A DNA stretch of 64,000 nt from a virus: the IMG/VR virus record IMGVR_UViG_3300018426_001942, positions 1 to 64,000 of that record. One strand, 5' to 3'. Below the pieces are notes generated by a model that had not been told where the DNA came from, did not search any database, and worked only from the letters and a program-made list of their open reading frames with translations. Positions within the stretch are counted from its first letter, which is position 1. Each line of letters opens with the position of its first letter. Below are positions 37,301-46,668 of the stretch, piece by piece. The position numbers were made by a program, and so were the translations under genes.

Positions 37301-38211
37301 AAGAACTTTGGGTAGAAAAATATCGTCCAAAAAATGTAGATGGTTATGTATTTAGAGATGACGCACAAAAGAAGCAAGTACAACAGTGGATCAAAGATAA
37401 AACTATTCCGCACTTGCTTTTTAGTGGCAATGCTGGGATTGGTAAAACTACTCTTGCTAAATTACTTTTTAACGAACTTGATGTAAATGATCTAGACATA
37501 CTAGAAATTAACGCATCGCGAACAAACTCAGTAGATGATGTTCGTGATAAAATTGTAAACTTTGTACAGATGATCCCATTTGGGGACTTTAAGGTGGTGC
37601 TACTTGATGAGGCTGACTACTTATCTCCCAACGCTCAAGCGGCGTTGCGTGGTGTTATGGAAGAGTATCATACTACTTCTCGTTTCATTCTTACTTGTAA
37701 CTATCCAAATCGTATTATACCCGCTTTGCATAGTAGGTGTCAAGGTTTCCACATTGCTAAAATTGACCAAACTGAGTTCACAGCTAGAGTTGCTGAAATC
37801 CTTATTACCGAAGGTGTTACTCCTGATTTGGATACGCTCGATACCTATGTAAAAGCAACATATCCAGACTTGCGTAAGTGTATTAACACAGTACAAATGA
37901 ATGTGCAAGACAACAGTTTGCTAAAGCCTAATGAAGGTGACACGGGCGAAGCTGATTGGAAACTAGACATGGTCGAACTGTTTAAAGCAGGCAAAATTCA
38001 AGAAGCACGTAAAATGCTTTGTGGTGCTGTACGTCCAGAAGAGATGGAAGAAATTTATCGTTGGTTGTACGATAACATTGAGTTGTTCGGATCTGAGGAG
38101 CAACAAGACCAAGCTGTGCTAATTATTAAGCAGGGGTTAGTAGATCATACATTGGTCGTTGATCCAGAAATTAACTTAGCGGCAACGCTAATTAGACTAG
38201 CAAGATTATGA
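37297..38211 (+). CDS. Clamp loader AAA+ subunit (T4 gp44/RFC-like)
   Basis: LWVEKYRP, GNAGIGKTT, EINAS, LLDEAD, SRC. Confidence 0.92.
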   Translation: MKELWVEKYRPKNVDGYVFRDDAQKKQVQQWIKDKTIPHLLFSGNAGIGKTTLAKLLFNELDVNDLDILEINASRTNSVDDVRDKIVNFVQMIPFGDFKVVLLDEADYLSPNAQAALRGVMEEYHTTSRFILTCNYPNRIIPALHSRCQGFHIAKIDQTEFTARVAEILITEGVTPDLDTLDTYVKATYPDLRKCINTVQMNVQDNSLLKPNEGDTGEADWKLDMVELFKAGKIQEARKMLCGAVRPEEMEEIYRWLYDNIELFGSEEQQDQAVLIIKQGLVDHTLVVDPEINLAATLIRLARL

Positions 38212-38339
38212 GTGTAAAAAAAGATCTAAAAACTTTAGGATTAATTGCAGGTAAAAAGAAAACTAATCAATTAGTTAAAATTGGTATTACTATGTGGTTA
38301 GTACTTGGTTTTATTATTTTAACTAGTTTGGTAAAATAA
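38208..38339 (+). CDS. Small membrane peptide (43 aa), not in ORF track
   Basis: ATGA and TAATG overlaps at both ends; hydrophobic C-terminus. Confidence 0.5.
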   Translation: MSVKKDLKTLGLIAGKKKTNQLVKIGITMWLVLGFIILTSLVK

Positions 38340-38686
38340 TGAGCTATCTAGTTACAGATAATTGTATTAAATGCAAGCATACCGATTGCGTAGCTGTTTG
38401 CCCAGTAGATTGTTTTTATGAAGCAGAAAACTTTTTAGCAATTAATCCGGATGAATGCATAGACTGTGGTGTTTGTGTTCCTGAGTGTCCTGCTAATGCT
38501 ATAGTATCTGAATCAGAGCTTAGTCCAGAACTTAGAGAAAAGTGGGATGAAATTAATAGACGTGTTTCTGATTGGAACATAAACATAATAGATCAAAAGG
38601 AACCATTACCAGATGCAAAAGAATGGGATGAGTATCCTAACAAATACGAAGAATTCGGTATTATACCGGTTAAGGACATAACATGA
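38339..38686 (+). CDS. fdxA: 7Fe ferredoxin (FdxA-type)
   Basis: [18 protein letters not shown] and [12 protein letters not shown]. Confidence 0.9.
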   Translation: MSYLVTDNCIKCKHTDCVAVCPVDCFYEAENFLAINPDECIDCGVCVPECPANAIVSESELSPELREKWDEINRRVSDWNINIIDQKEPLPDAKEWDEYPNKYEEFGIIPVKDIT

Positions 38687-38871
38687 GTAAAGGCAGTAAT
38701 CGTAGGCCCCAAAACATTTCCGATAAACAAATGACTGATAATTGGAATAGTATTTTTGGTAAAAAGAATTATAAAGAAGTACAGCAAGATATAACTGAAC
38801 TTAATAGCGACGGGAATCGCGATCGTGGAAGATACGGAGAGGATAAAATTAATGAACGTACGACTAGTTAG
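38683..38871 (+). CDS. Hypothetical protein
   Basis: ATGA overlap; MSKGSNRRP...NW..IFG. Confidence 0.6.
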   Translation: MSKGSNRRPQNISDKQMTDNWNSIFGKKNYKEVQQDITELNSDGNRDRGRYGEDKINERTTS

Positions 38872-39547
38872 TTACACAAAACCAACTGAAGACTTTGTTG
38901 CTGAAGGTATGAACAGCGACGATTTATTAGACCTTGTAGCATTTTGTGCTAGGGTTTCAAACCCTGCAAATCAAATGAACTCAGAAACAAGTGAAAAACT
39001 TGTAAAATATTTAATTAAACATGCACACTGGTCACCGCTTGAGATGGTAAATGCTTGTTTAGAAATAGATACTACTCGTGATATTGCACATCAGATTGTG
39101 CGTCATCGTAGTTTTGCCTTTCAAGAGTTTAGTCAACGTTATGCAGAGCCGGGACAAATGGGCGATGAAGTCTTTATTACTAGTGAAGCTCGGTTGCAGG
39201 ATAATAAAAACAGACAAAATTCTATTGAACTTGATATGGCACAAGAAGGTATGGCTGAACTTATGGTAAAATGGGAAGAATTACAACAGGATGTAATATT
39301 CACAGCAGGCCGAGCTTATGATTGGGCTATTGAAAACGGTATTGCAAAAGAAGTAGCTCGCAAAGTATTACCAGAAGGACTTACTAAAACACGATTGTAT
39401 ATGAATGGTACACTACGTAGCTGGATTCACTACATAGAATTAAGAGGTGCTAACGGCACACAAAAAGAGCATATGGAAATTGCTCATGCTTGTGCAGAAG
39501 TTATTGCAAAAATTTTCCCACTAGCTGAAGAATTGAAAGGGGCATAA
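38852..39547 (+). CDS. thyX: Flavin-dependent thymidylate synthase
   Basis: HWSPLE, RHRSFAFQEFSQRY, EVARKVLP, TQKEH. Confidence 0.95.
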   Translation: MNVRLVSYTKPTEDFVAEGMNSDDLLDLVAFCARVSNPANQMNSETSEKLVKYLIKHAHWSPLEMVNACLEIDTTRDIAHQIVRHRSFAFQEFSQRYAEPGQMGDEVFITSEARLQDNKNRQNSIELDMAQEGMAELMVKWEELQQDVIFTAGRAYDWAIENGIAKEVARKVLPEGLTKTRLYMNGTLRSWIHYIELRGANGTQKEHMEIAHACAEVIAKIFPLAEELKGA

Positions 39548-39558
39548 AGCCCCTTTCA
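39534..39558. terminator. Bidirectional hairpin terminator between convergent thyX and phoH
   Basis: TGAAAGGGGC-ATAAA-GCCCCTTTCA, perfect 10-bp stem. Confidence 0.8.
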
Positions 39559-40281
39559 TTATTCGTCTCCATATATTTGGAGTACTTCTTTTACAGCTTT
39601 ATGTCTTTCTATATCTCCCTGTTCGAACTGGACTATGTCCAAATAAGATACATTACTTGTTTGCAACAGTTTCATAAAATCTAATAAACCGTTGTCCTTT
39701 AGCCTATCAGCTTGTGCTAAGTCGCCTGTAACGGCCATCATTGAGCCTTCGCCTAGTCTAGTAAGTAACATTTTCATTTGGTTTTGTGTGGTATTTTGCA
39801 TTTCGTCAGCTAATATAAAACTCCTTTTAAATGTTCGACCACGCATATATGCTAAAGGCGCAATCTCTATAATTTGTTCTTCGATCATGCCTTCTATTTC
39901 TCTCGCACTAAAATAGTCTCTTAGTACGTCAAAGATAGGTCTTGTCCAAGGTGCCATTTTTTGTTCTAATGTACCTGGTAAGAATCCTAGATCTTCGTCT
40001 GCGCTTACAGCGGGCCTAGTTACAATTATTTTATCTATTACGCCTTGTTTAAATAGTTTTACAGCAACTTGCACAGCCAAAAGAGTTTTGCCTGTTCCTG
40101 CAGGACCTACGCCAAAGACTATGTCTTTTGATTGGTCGAGCAACTTTAACACGTATGCTTCTTGGTTTCTATTTCTGGGTAATATTTGTATTTCTTTAGA
40201 TTGTTTTTTGTGAAAATTAATGTCTACGACATTTTGAAAGTTTGGATTTGCGTTATTACGCTGTTTCCTTTTTGCTCCCAT
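39559..40281 (-). CDS. phoH: PhoH-family ATPase
   Basis: GPAGTGKT, RPAV, LGFLPG, AYMRGRTF, DEMQN, GD..Q.D; GGAGG RBS before MGAKRK. Confidence 0.95.
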   Translation of the reverse strand: MGAKRKQRNNANPNFQNVVDINFHKKQSKEIQILPRNRNQEAYVLKLLDQSKDIVFGVGPAGTGKTLLAVQVAVKLFKQGVIDKIIVTRPAVSADEDLGFLPGTLEQKMAPWTRPIFDVLRDYFSAREIEGMIEEQIIEIAPLAYMRGRTFKRSFILADEMQNTTQNQMKMLLTRLGEGSMMAVTGDLAQADRLKDNGLLDFMKLLQTSNVSYLDIVQFEQGDIERHKAVKEVLQIYGDE

Positions 40282-40406
40282 TAAGTTTCCTCCTATGGAA
40301 TAGTGTACAATGACATATTGTACAAAAGTATTTACCATTTGATCAGCAGAGAAAAACTGTCTGTTATGATCTTAAATACGATAAATAAGTATAGCGGAGA
40401 GTACAA

Positions 40407-40919
40407 ATGCAAGATACTTTAGATATTATAAAAAATGTTGAAAACATATATAATAGCGATTCGGCGTTTCAAATCTTAAAAGACTTTGAAAGAGTGCTAG
40501 ATGAACTAGACCTGTATGTATATGATAACTGGCAAGATGGTGAATTATTACAAGGTCCTGATATAACAAGACATTGGGTATCTTGTAAGTTTATGTGGGA
40601 TCGGAACAACATGCCAGATCCTATGGGTGGCAAGCGTTTAGTAGATTATGATTGCAAAGTTTCTTATCAAAAAGATGATATAATTGTACCCCGTAAAATT
40701 AAGAAACCTAGCGACATGCGTGACGGCACTAAAAAAGGTAAACTTGATCGTAAACCTATATGGATTGTAAACATTGAAATGCCTAAGAGTTTACTTGCAG
40801 ATATTTACGGTGGTTACAAAGAGCAAGTTACTGAACCTGCTGTTCCAGCAACAGCACAACAAGAGCCACAGCAAGCCGACGTAGAAGCAACACCTGAACC
40901 AGCAGGAGAATTAGCCTAA
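40407..40919 (+). CDS. Conserved-looking hypothetical late protein
   Basis: Late motif at 40381, GGAG RBS. Confidence 0.65.
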   Translation: MQDTLDIIKNVENIYNSDSAFQILKDFERVLDELDLYVYDNWQDGELLQGPDITRHWVSCKFMWDRNNMPDPMGGKRLVDYDCKVSYQKDDIIVPRKIKKPSDMRDGTKKGKLDRKPIWIVNIEMPKSLLADIYGGYKEQVTEPAVPATAQQEPQQADVEATPEPAGELA

Positions 40920-41638
40920 TGGGTTTACTTAAATCAGATTTAAAAAACATGGTCTACGACATTTTTGAAATTGATAGTTTCAAATCAAAAATGGGGGAAG
41001 ATAAAGACATAGTAACATTAGCATTTAGTGTTAAGGAAAAAGAAGCGGCTAATGATCTAATGAATTTTTTAGAAAAAGGGTATGACTTTGTTTTAGATGC
41101 TGATGCTACACCAGGCGAACAAAGTGATGGCACATATAAAGTTTTTGTAGAAGTAGAAAGATCAAAACATATTCCAGAACAAGTTATGGAAATTGCAGAC
41201 GGTGTTTGTAAACTGTCTGACATAGAAAGTTTAAAATTTAGATACTACAAAAATTTTAAATCAAAAGATCTTACGCAAGATAGTCTTGCAGAAGAGATTC
41301 CATTAGACAGTAATACTTACGATATTAAAATCCAAGAAACACGTCTAAATAATTACAAAGATTTCTTTAACAAAAGTTACTTAGAAGAATCGTATATGAC
41401 AGGTGACGTACTAACACTTAAAAAAGTGTATGCAGAACCAATCCAATTTAGAGTCATTGATTTTGGAGAAACGATAAACACTATCGCAAACATAAACGAA
41501 AGAGTTAATACAGATGATTTTGCTGAAATTATCTTTTTAAGTAAATACCTTGGCGATTACAACATTACTAAATATGGTAATAAACTATCGCTAGATAATA
41601 GTAACAATACACTAGTTGTAGAAAGACTACGTAAGTAG
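40919..41638 (+). CDS. Hypothetical protein
   Basis: TAATG coupling, 239 aa. Confidence 0.65.
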   Translation: MGLLKSDLKNMVYDIFEIDSFKSKMGEDKDIVTLAFSVKEKEAANDLMNFLEKGYDFVLDADATPGEQSDGTYKVFVEVERSKHIPEQVMEIADGVCKLSDIESLKFRYYKNFKSKDLTQDSLAEEIPLDSNTYDIKIQETRLNNYKDFFNKSYLEESYMTGDVLTLKKVYAEPIQFRVIDFGETINTIANINERVNTDDFAEIIFLSKYLGDYNITKYGNKLSLDNSNNTLVVERLRK

Positions 41639-41655
41639 CATTAACAGGAAGAAAT

Positions 41656-42525
41656 ATGGACTTTGAATTCACTAGAGATCACCTTGCAAAAATAATCCCA
41701 GGAAATAAAGATGTGGATAAGTGGTATGATGCTTTGATAGCAATTATGCCTAAATATGAAATTAATACTAAGCGAAGAGTAGCACACTTTTTAAGTCAAT
41801 GTGCTCATGAAAGTGGAAACTTCAAAAGTTTACAAGAAAATCTAAATTATAGTGAAAAAGCATTAAATGCTGTATTTGGTCGCTACTTTGGTGCGCCGCC
41901 AAAGCGTAATGCTGCTGAATATGCAAGAAACCCAGAGAAAATTGCAAACTATGTATACATGGACGAGTTCCGTAAATACAAGATGGGCAATGTTAAAGAA
42001 GGCGACGGTTGGTTGTTCCGTGGTCGTGGTTTAAAACAGTTAACTGGACGTGAGAATTATACACGGTTTGGAGCATCAGTTAATATGTCTGCCGAAGAAG
42101 CAGCTGTGTATGTTGCTACAGAAAAAGGTGCTGTTGAATCAGCATGCTGGTTCTGGGATACAAACAACTTAAACAGCATTGCTGATACTGATGACGTTGT
42201 TAAAATGACTAAGAAAATTAACGGTGGTAACATTGGGTTAGCCGATCGTCAAAAACGTTATGTATCTGCAATGGAAATTTTAGGCAACCCTGTAAGTATT
42301 GCAGATGATAATGGAGACGATGACTTTGATATTGATGATATCGGAGTGCTCCGCAAAGGTTGCAGAGGTGAAGGTGTAAAAATGATGCAAGAAGCACTAG
42401 GTATTAGTGCTGATGGTATTTTTGGACCTGGCACAGAACGTGTATTAAAAGAGTGGCAAGCAAGCAAAGGCCTAGTAGCTGACGGCATTGCTGGTCCTGC
42501 TACACTCGGAGAACTATTAGGATAA
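41656..42525 (+). CDS. Endolysin, glycoside hydrolase 19 plus C-terminal peptidoglycan-binding domain
   Basis: FLSQCAHES, ENLNYS, FRGRGLKQLTG..NY, SACWFW, INGG; DGIFGPGT..DGIAGPAT. Confidence 0.9.
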   Translation: MDFEFTRDHLAKIIPGNKDVDKWYDALIAIMPKYEINTKRRVAHFLSQCAHESGNFKSLQENLNYSEKALNAVFGRYFGAPPKRNAAEYARNPEKIANYVYMDEFRKYKMGNVKEGDGWLFRGRGLKQLTGRENYTRFGASVNMSAEEAAVYVATEKGAVESACWFWDTNNLNSIADTDDVVKMTKKINGGNIGLADRQKRYVSAMEILGNPVSIADDNGDDDFDIDDIGVLRKGCRGEGVKMMQEALGISADGIFGPGTERVLKEWQASKGLVADGIAGPATLGELLG

Positions 42526-42529
42526 AATT

Positions 42530-42760
42530 ATGTATGTAGATGTTATTATGCAAGTACTGAAAGATCATTTCGGTGCTGAAAAAGAGTTCACTCCCGCAAG
42601 TCATTTTTTAGATGATCTAGACGGAGATGAGATAGATATAGTTGATGTTGTAGTGCAAGTTACTAAAAAACTTGATATTGAAATTCCAGAAGAGGAAACA
42701 TTTGATATTGGTACTGTACAAGATCTAATTGAAGTAGTAGGCAAACACGTTAATGTTTAG
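42530..42760 (+). CDS. Acyl carrier protein-like protein lacking the phosphopantetheine Ser
   Basis: Acidic 76 aa; FLDDLDGDEIDIVDVV...DIEIPEEE...IGTVQD versus ACP DLGADSLDTVE...IEIPDEE..ITTV. Confidence 0.8.
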   Translation: MYVDVIMQVLKDHFGAEKEFTPASHFLDDLDGDEIDIVDVVVQVTKKLDIEIPEEETFDIGTVQDLIEVVGKHVNV

Positions 42761-43238
42761 TAGTCTAAGAATTGCAATATTTTTAATTATCCTTGCTAGT
42801 GCAGGCGGTGGCTTCTGGTATGTCAAGAAGTTACAAAGCGACCTTGACACAGCAAAGATGAATATTGTAAAACTTGAGGATGGAATACAGGAACAACAAG
42901 CACTAATAGAACAACAACAAAGAGACTTTGAAGCCATTACTCAGGTACGTAATGACTTAGAAGATGTAAATAGAATGTTACAGACAAATATCAATAATTT
43001 AAATGAAAAATTTAACCAGTTGAATGCGTCTGGAGTAGAAAGAGATATAGGCGCTTTATCAGTTGAAAGACCATTAAGTATAGAGCGTATATTAAATAAA
43101 GATGAAGTTAATGAAAGACGTTGCTTTGAAATAATAGGTGGCGCCGAATTAACCGAAGAGGAGTTAAATGCTACAAAGAAGTCACAGATCAACACTGTTT
43201 GTCCTGAGCTTGCTAATCCTAACTACGTCCCTTATTAG
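42753..43238 (+). CDS. Inner-membrane spanin-like protein
   Basis: N-terminal TM helix, long coiled coil, distal Cys; near endolysin. Confidence 0.65.
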   Translation: MFSSLRIAIFLIILASAGGGFWYVKKLQSDLDTAKMNIVKLEDGIQEQQALIEQQQRDFEAITQVRNDLEDVNRMLQTNINNLNEKFNQLNASGVERDIGALSVERPLSIERILNKDEVNERRCFEIIGGAELTEEELNATKKSQINTVCPELANPNYVPY

Positions 43239-43557
43239 TGGATGTAGTACTATCAAGCCAGTTGAAGTATTAAAAACAGAAGTTGCAAGACAGCCGTTAA
43301 ATTTACCTCTACCCGAACCTGCACAACTGGAAGAAGTTCGCTGGATTATAATTAACAGAGAAAATGCAGAGCAGGTTTTTGCAGATCTAGAAGCAAAAGG
43401 TATTGACCCTGTGCTAATAGGTTTGACCGATGAAAACTATGAAAACTTTAGAATGAATTATGCACAAATACGTGCATACATGCTAAAGCAAAATAGAATT
43501 ATAGATGCTTACAAAGAATATTACGAAAGTGAGCAAGAAGAAACACAACCTGAATAG
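43168..43557 (+). CDS. Outer-membrane spanin-like lipoprotein
   Basis: Signal peptide with LISG-C lipobox, Pro-rich segment, overlaps i-spanin 3' end. Confidence 0.65.
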   Translation: MLQRSHRSTLFVLSLLILTTSLISGCSTIKPVEVLKTEVARQPLNLPLPEPAQLEEVRWIIINRENAEQVFADLEAKGIDPVLIGLTDENYENFRMNYAQIRAYMLKQNRIIDAYKEYYESEQEETQPE

Positions 43558-43558
43558 G

Positions 43559-43587
43559 TTGACATAAATACATTAGTGTTATATAAT
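43559..43587 (+). promoter_or_regulatory. Consensus sigma70 promoter with overlapping ATAAATA motif
   Basis: TTGACA-17nt-TATAAT; ATAAATA at 43564-43570. Confidence 0.75.
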
Positions 43588-43613
43588 ATACACTAATTAA
43601 TTTTCAATACATT

Positions 43614-44090
43614 ATGGCATATTCACAAAAAGTAATCGACCGATTTGAGCAGGTTACAAATAACCCAGGCGCTCATGGGGTAGGTCGGTTTGACCCTAAC
43701 GATCCAAACGTTGCTATAGGCATGACAGGTGCTCCTGCATGTGGTGATGTTATGAAACTAGATCTAAAACTTAATCCAGAAACTGAAGTTATAGAAGATG
43801 TAAAATTTAAAACTTATGGTTGCGGAAGTGCAATAGCATCTAGTAGTATGTTTGTCGAAATGCTTATCGGCAAAACAATCGAAGAAGCAAAGCAGATAAA
43901 AGATAAAGAAATTGCTGAAGCATTAGAATTGCCGCCTATCAAAATACACTGTTCTGTACTAGCAGAAGATAGTATTCAACGTGCTATTAAAGATTGGGAA
44001 GAAAAGAAAGCAGGTCGAAAAGGCACTTTTTTAGACAGCATGATTAAAAAAGATGACAGCATGATTGGCCATAACGGAGGACCTAAATAG
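43614..44090 (+). CDS. iscU: Fe-S scaffold IscU
   Basis: MAYS, APACGDVM, FKTYGCGSAIASSS, LPPIKIHCS. Confidence 0.95.
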   Translation: MAYSQKVIDRFEQVTNNPGAHGVGRFDPNDPNVAIGMTGAPACGDVMKLDLKLNPETEVIEDVKFKTYGCGSAIASSSMFVEMLIGKTIEEAKQIKDKEIAEALELPPIKIHCSVLAEDSIQRAIKDWEEKKAGRKGTFLDSMIKKDDSMIGHNGGPK

Positions 44091-44287
44091 TGCCGGAAAA
44101 ATTCAAGCCCAGTCATTCAATAAGGGATAAAGCAACCGGTAAAAACAAAGAGGTCCATTTCTATCTAAAACAAACACCTAAAGAAGAACTAATAGAATAT
44201 CTAAACAGTCTATCTGCTAAACCAAAAATTAAAAATAAAGTTAGACGAGAACTTATTCGTAGAGGTATAAAAATAATATACGAATGA
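44090..44287 (+). CDS. Small basic hypothetical protein
   Basis: GTG start overlapping iscU stop; GGAGG upstream. Confidence 0.6.
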   Translation: MPEKFKPSHSIRDKATGKNKEVHFYLKQTPKEELIEYLNSLSAKPKIKNKVRRELIRRGIKIIYE

Positions 44288-44463
44288 TGACTATCATAAT
44301 ACTTACAGTCTTACTAGCTATTGTTTGTTTTGTAAGTATGTGGTTCTTGATAGACGTTTTAAATGACAAATGCGGAAGTAAAGGTATTCTTCCTGATTCA
44401 TATGTAACACGTACAGGTGTTACACACACCGCAAAAAAATCTCGCTCCGAGCATATTAATTAA
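44284..44463 (+). CDS. Small membrane protein (59 aa), not in ORF track
   Basis: ATGA overlap; N-terminal hydrophobic helix. Confidence 0.55.
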   Translation: MMTIIILTVLLAIVCFVSMWFLIDVLNDKCGSKGILPDSYVTRTGVTHTAKKSRSEHIN

Positions 44464-44563
44464 AATCATAATATACCCACTTTTTAAACTTTTTGATAAA
44501 TAAGGTTGACAAATATATTATATTGTTATATTATAATATAAAAATTACTAATATTATTATAAA

Positions 44564-44665
44564 GTGAAATTTCAAAAATATGACTATGAGAAAATTCGAG
44601 ATCATCTTGAAGTAACTTTTCTTGTGGCTATTTTTGTGATTTCATTATTTGGAGTAAACATATAA
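44564..44665 (+). CDS. Membrane micropeptide (33 aa)
   Basis: GTG start; MKFQKYDYEKIRDHLEVTFLVAIFVISLFGVNI; TAATG coupling. Confidence 0.45.
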   Translation: MKFQKYDYEKIRDHLEVTFLVAIFVISLFGVNI

Positions 44666-44847
44666 TGGAATTTATTTTAATAAGTTTTGCTAGTATCGTA
44701 GTAAGTTACTTTTATTTGAAGTATGCACCTATGCATGACTTACACTATGTCCTTACTATGAGAAATATGGCAAACGAAACACACAGGACTAACGGAGATA
44801 ATGAGCACATTAATATTGAAACTAAAGGAGAACGAGCAGGTTTGTAA
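44665..44847 (+). CDS. Small membrane protein
   Basis: GGAG RBS; N-terminal TM helix. Confidence 0.55.
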   Translation: MEFILISFASIVVSYFYLKYAPMHDLHYVLTMRNMANETHRTNGDNEHINIETKGERAGL

Positions 44848-44935
44848 ATTTTGTGAAGCAATTAATTTTGTTTTCATGTTAACAACACCACTTGCACTAC
44901 CTTTATTAATTATGTACGCCGCAACGTACAACTAA
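44801..44935 (+). CDS. Membrane micropeptide (44 aa) with CxxC
   Basis: GGAG RBS; MSTLILKLKENEQVCKFCEAINFVFMLTTPLALPLLIMYAATYN. Confidence 0.55.
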   Translation: MSTLILKLKENEQVCKFCEAINFVFMLTTPLALPLLIMYAATYN

Positions 44936-44938
44936 AAA

Positions 44939-45121
44939 ATGGCAACAAAGAATTATACTGAAGCAACACCCAAGGATATCAAAAATTGGGAGAACACCGA
45001 TTACTTCCGAAAAAGTGACTTTAGTGTAATGAAACTGTTTGTTGCTATTCCTACCCTTATACAAATATCAGCATTACTTGCAATGTTTGCTATCTTCTAC
45101 CTAAATACCCTTATTTTTTAA
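44939..45121 (+). CDS. Small membrane protein
   Basis: C-terminal hydrophobic helix. Confidence 0.55.
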   Translation: MATKNYTEATPKDIKNWENTDYFRKSDFSVMKLFVAIPTLIQISALLAMFAIFYLNTLIF

Positions 45122-45152
45122 TAAATACAGTATAACAAAAGAGGGCACATTT

Positions 45153-45515
45153 ATGTGGGAAATGATAGAACGCATGGCGAGTGATCGTCTATGGATTTAT
45201 ACAGCAATAGCTGGTAGTATCTTTGGTGCTTTATTCATTGCATGGATTAGAGATACACGTATTGCGCTTTGGGCATACGGTAAATGGGATTGGTTACTTG
45301 ATAGCATTAGAGACAAGTTTGGTTGGACTTGGTTTAACCAAGATCCGCATGCTTGGCGTAAAGTAAATCCCAATATAGCCCGTAAGATCGACGAACTAGA
45401 AACTAGAATTATTAAACTAGAAAAGCATAGCCATCCATGTAAAGAACTACACGAGTTTGATGTTTGGCCAGAACTAGATGCTAGAATTAAGAAATTAGAG
45501 GGTAAGAAAAAATGA
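45153..45515 (+). CDS. Membrane-anchored hypothetical protein
   Basis: Late motif, GAGG RBS, TM helix plus coiled coil. Confidence 0.65.
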   Translation: MWEMIERMASDRLWIYTAIAGSIFGALFIAWIRDTRIALWAYGKWDWLLDSIRDKFGWTWFNQDPHAWRKVNPNIARKIDELETRIIKLEKHSHPCKELHEFDVWPELDARIKKLEGKKK

Positions 45516-45805
45516 GTGACGAAATTCAAACAAAAAAAGTAAACATAGAACTAGAAGTAGATACAAATACAGTAGACAGTTCAAAAAATAGATTTCAATC
45601 ATGGATTGATCTAGCAAAAGCTGTTGACAGTTGGAGAATTTTTCCACGCATTTTTATAACTACATACATTTACTTGCTGTACAAAGTTGTAATTTGGTAC
45701 ATGGGTATTGAAGATCCTACAATGGAACAGTCAGGACTTGTAAGTATTGTTGTAGGTGCTGGTGCTGCATGGTTTGGTTTATACACCGGAACTAGTAAAA
45801 AGTAA
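45512..45805 (+). CDS. Two-TM membrane protein (possible holin)
   Basis: DSWRIFPR followed by two hydrophobic helices. Confidence 0.55.
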   Translation: MSDEIQTKKVNIELEVDTNTVDSSKNRFQSWIDLAKAVDSWRIFPRIFITTYIYLLYKVVIWYMGIEDPTMEQSGLVSIVVGAGAAWFGLYTGTSKK

Positions 45806-45828
45806 CAGCATAATCAATAAGTAATAGT

Positions 45829-46668
45829 ATGGACCACTATTCCGTACTAGGCGTATCTAAAACAGCTACCGATAAAGAAATTAAAACCGCTTTTAGAAAA
45901 TTAGCGGCAAAGCATCATCCTGACAAAGGCGGTGATAGTAAAAAGTTTGTGCAAATTAAAGATGCATATGAAACTTTAATTGATCCGCAAAAGAGAGCTG
46001 AGTACGATAATCCTCAACCCCAATTTGGACAGTATCAGAGAGGATTTGATTTTAACAATGTCAATCCTGACATACAGGACTTGTTTGGTCAAATGTTTAG
46101 AAACGGTACAGACCCGTTTAGACCACCTCCTCGTAGAAACAAGGATATTACTATTGCCGCTAAAGTAACACTTGAAGATGTTCTCAAAGGTAAGAATCTA
46201 ATTGCAAGTTATAAATTAAGAAGCGGCAACACCGAAACAGTTGAGATAAACATACCTCCTGGTATTAGAGATGGTGATACTATAAGATATGGAGGCTTAG
46301 GAGATGATTTCTTACAATTTGCTAGAGGAGATTTACATGTTAAAATACAAATTCTACCTCACACAGATTGGCAAAGAGATGGTATAAATCTTTATAGAGA
46401 ATATTCTGTAAATGCTCTTGACTTAATTACAGGAACTAGTATAATAGTAGATACACTTGAAGGAAGACAGTTAGATCTTAAAATACCTAAAGGAACGAAG
46501 GTAGGATGTAGATTTAATATAGCACAACATGGCTTACCAGACAGACGTAATGGTGTGCGTGGAAACGCATATATAATAATAAATGCTCATATACCACAAA
46601 TAGATAACCCACAGGTGTTAGAGTATATAAAAAGTATGAAAAAGATAATAAACAATGAAACTGATTAA
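45829..46668 (+). CDS. DnaJ-class (CbpA-like) co-chaperone
   Basis: J domain HPDKGG; C-terminal DnaJ domain without Zn finger. Confidence 0.9.
   Translation: MDHYSVLGVSKTATDKEIKTAFRKLAAKHHPDKGGDSKKFVQIKDAYETLIDPQKRAEYDNPQPQFGQYQRGFDFNNVNPDIQDLFGQMFRNGTDPFRPPPRRNKDITIAAKVTLEDVLKGKNLIASYKLRSGNTETVEINIPPGIRDGDTIRYGGLGDDFLQFARGDLHVKIQILPHTDWQRDGINLYREYSVNALDLITGTSIIVDTLEGRQLDLKIPKGTKVGCRFNIAQHGLPDRRNGVRGNAYIIINAHIPQIDNPQVLEYIKSMKKIINNETD

Noticed and set aside
44464-44563. AT-rich tract as replication origin
   Set aside because: Explained by overlapping promoters; no iterons seen
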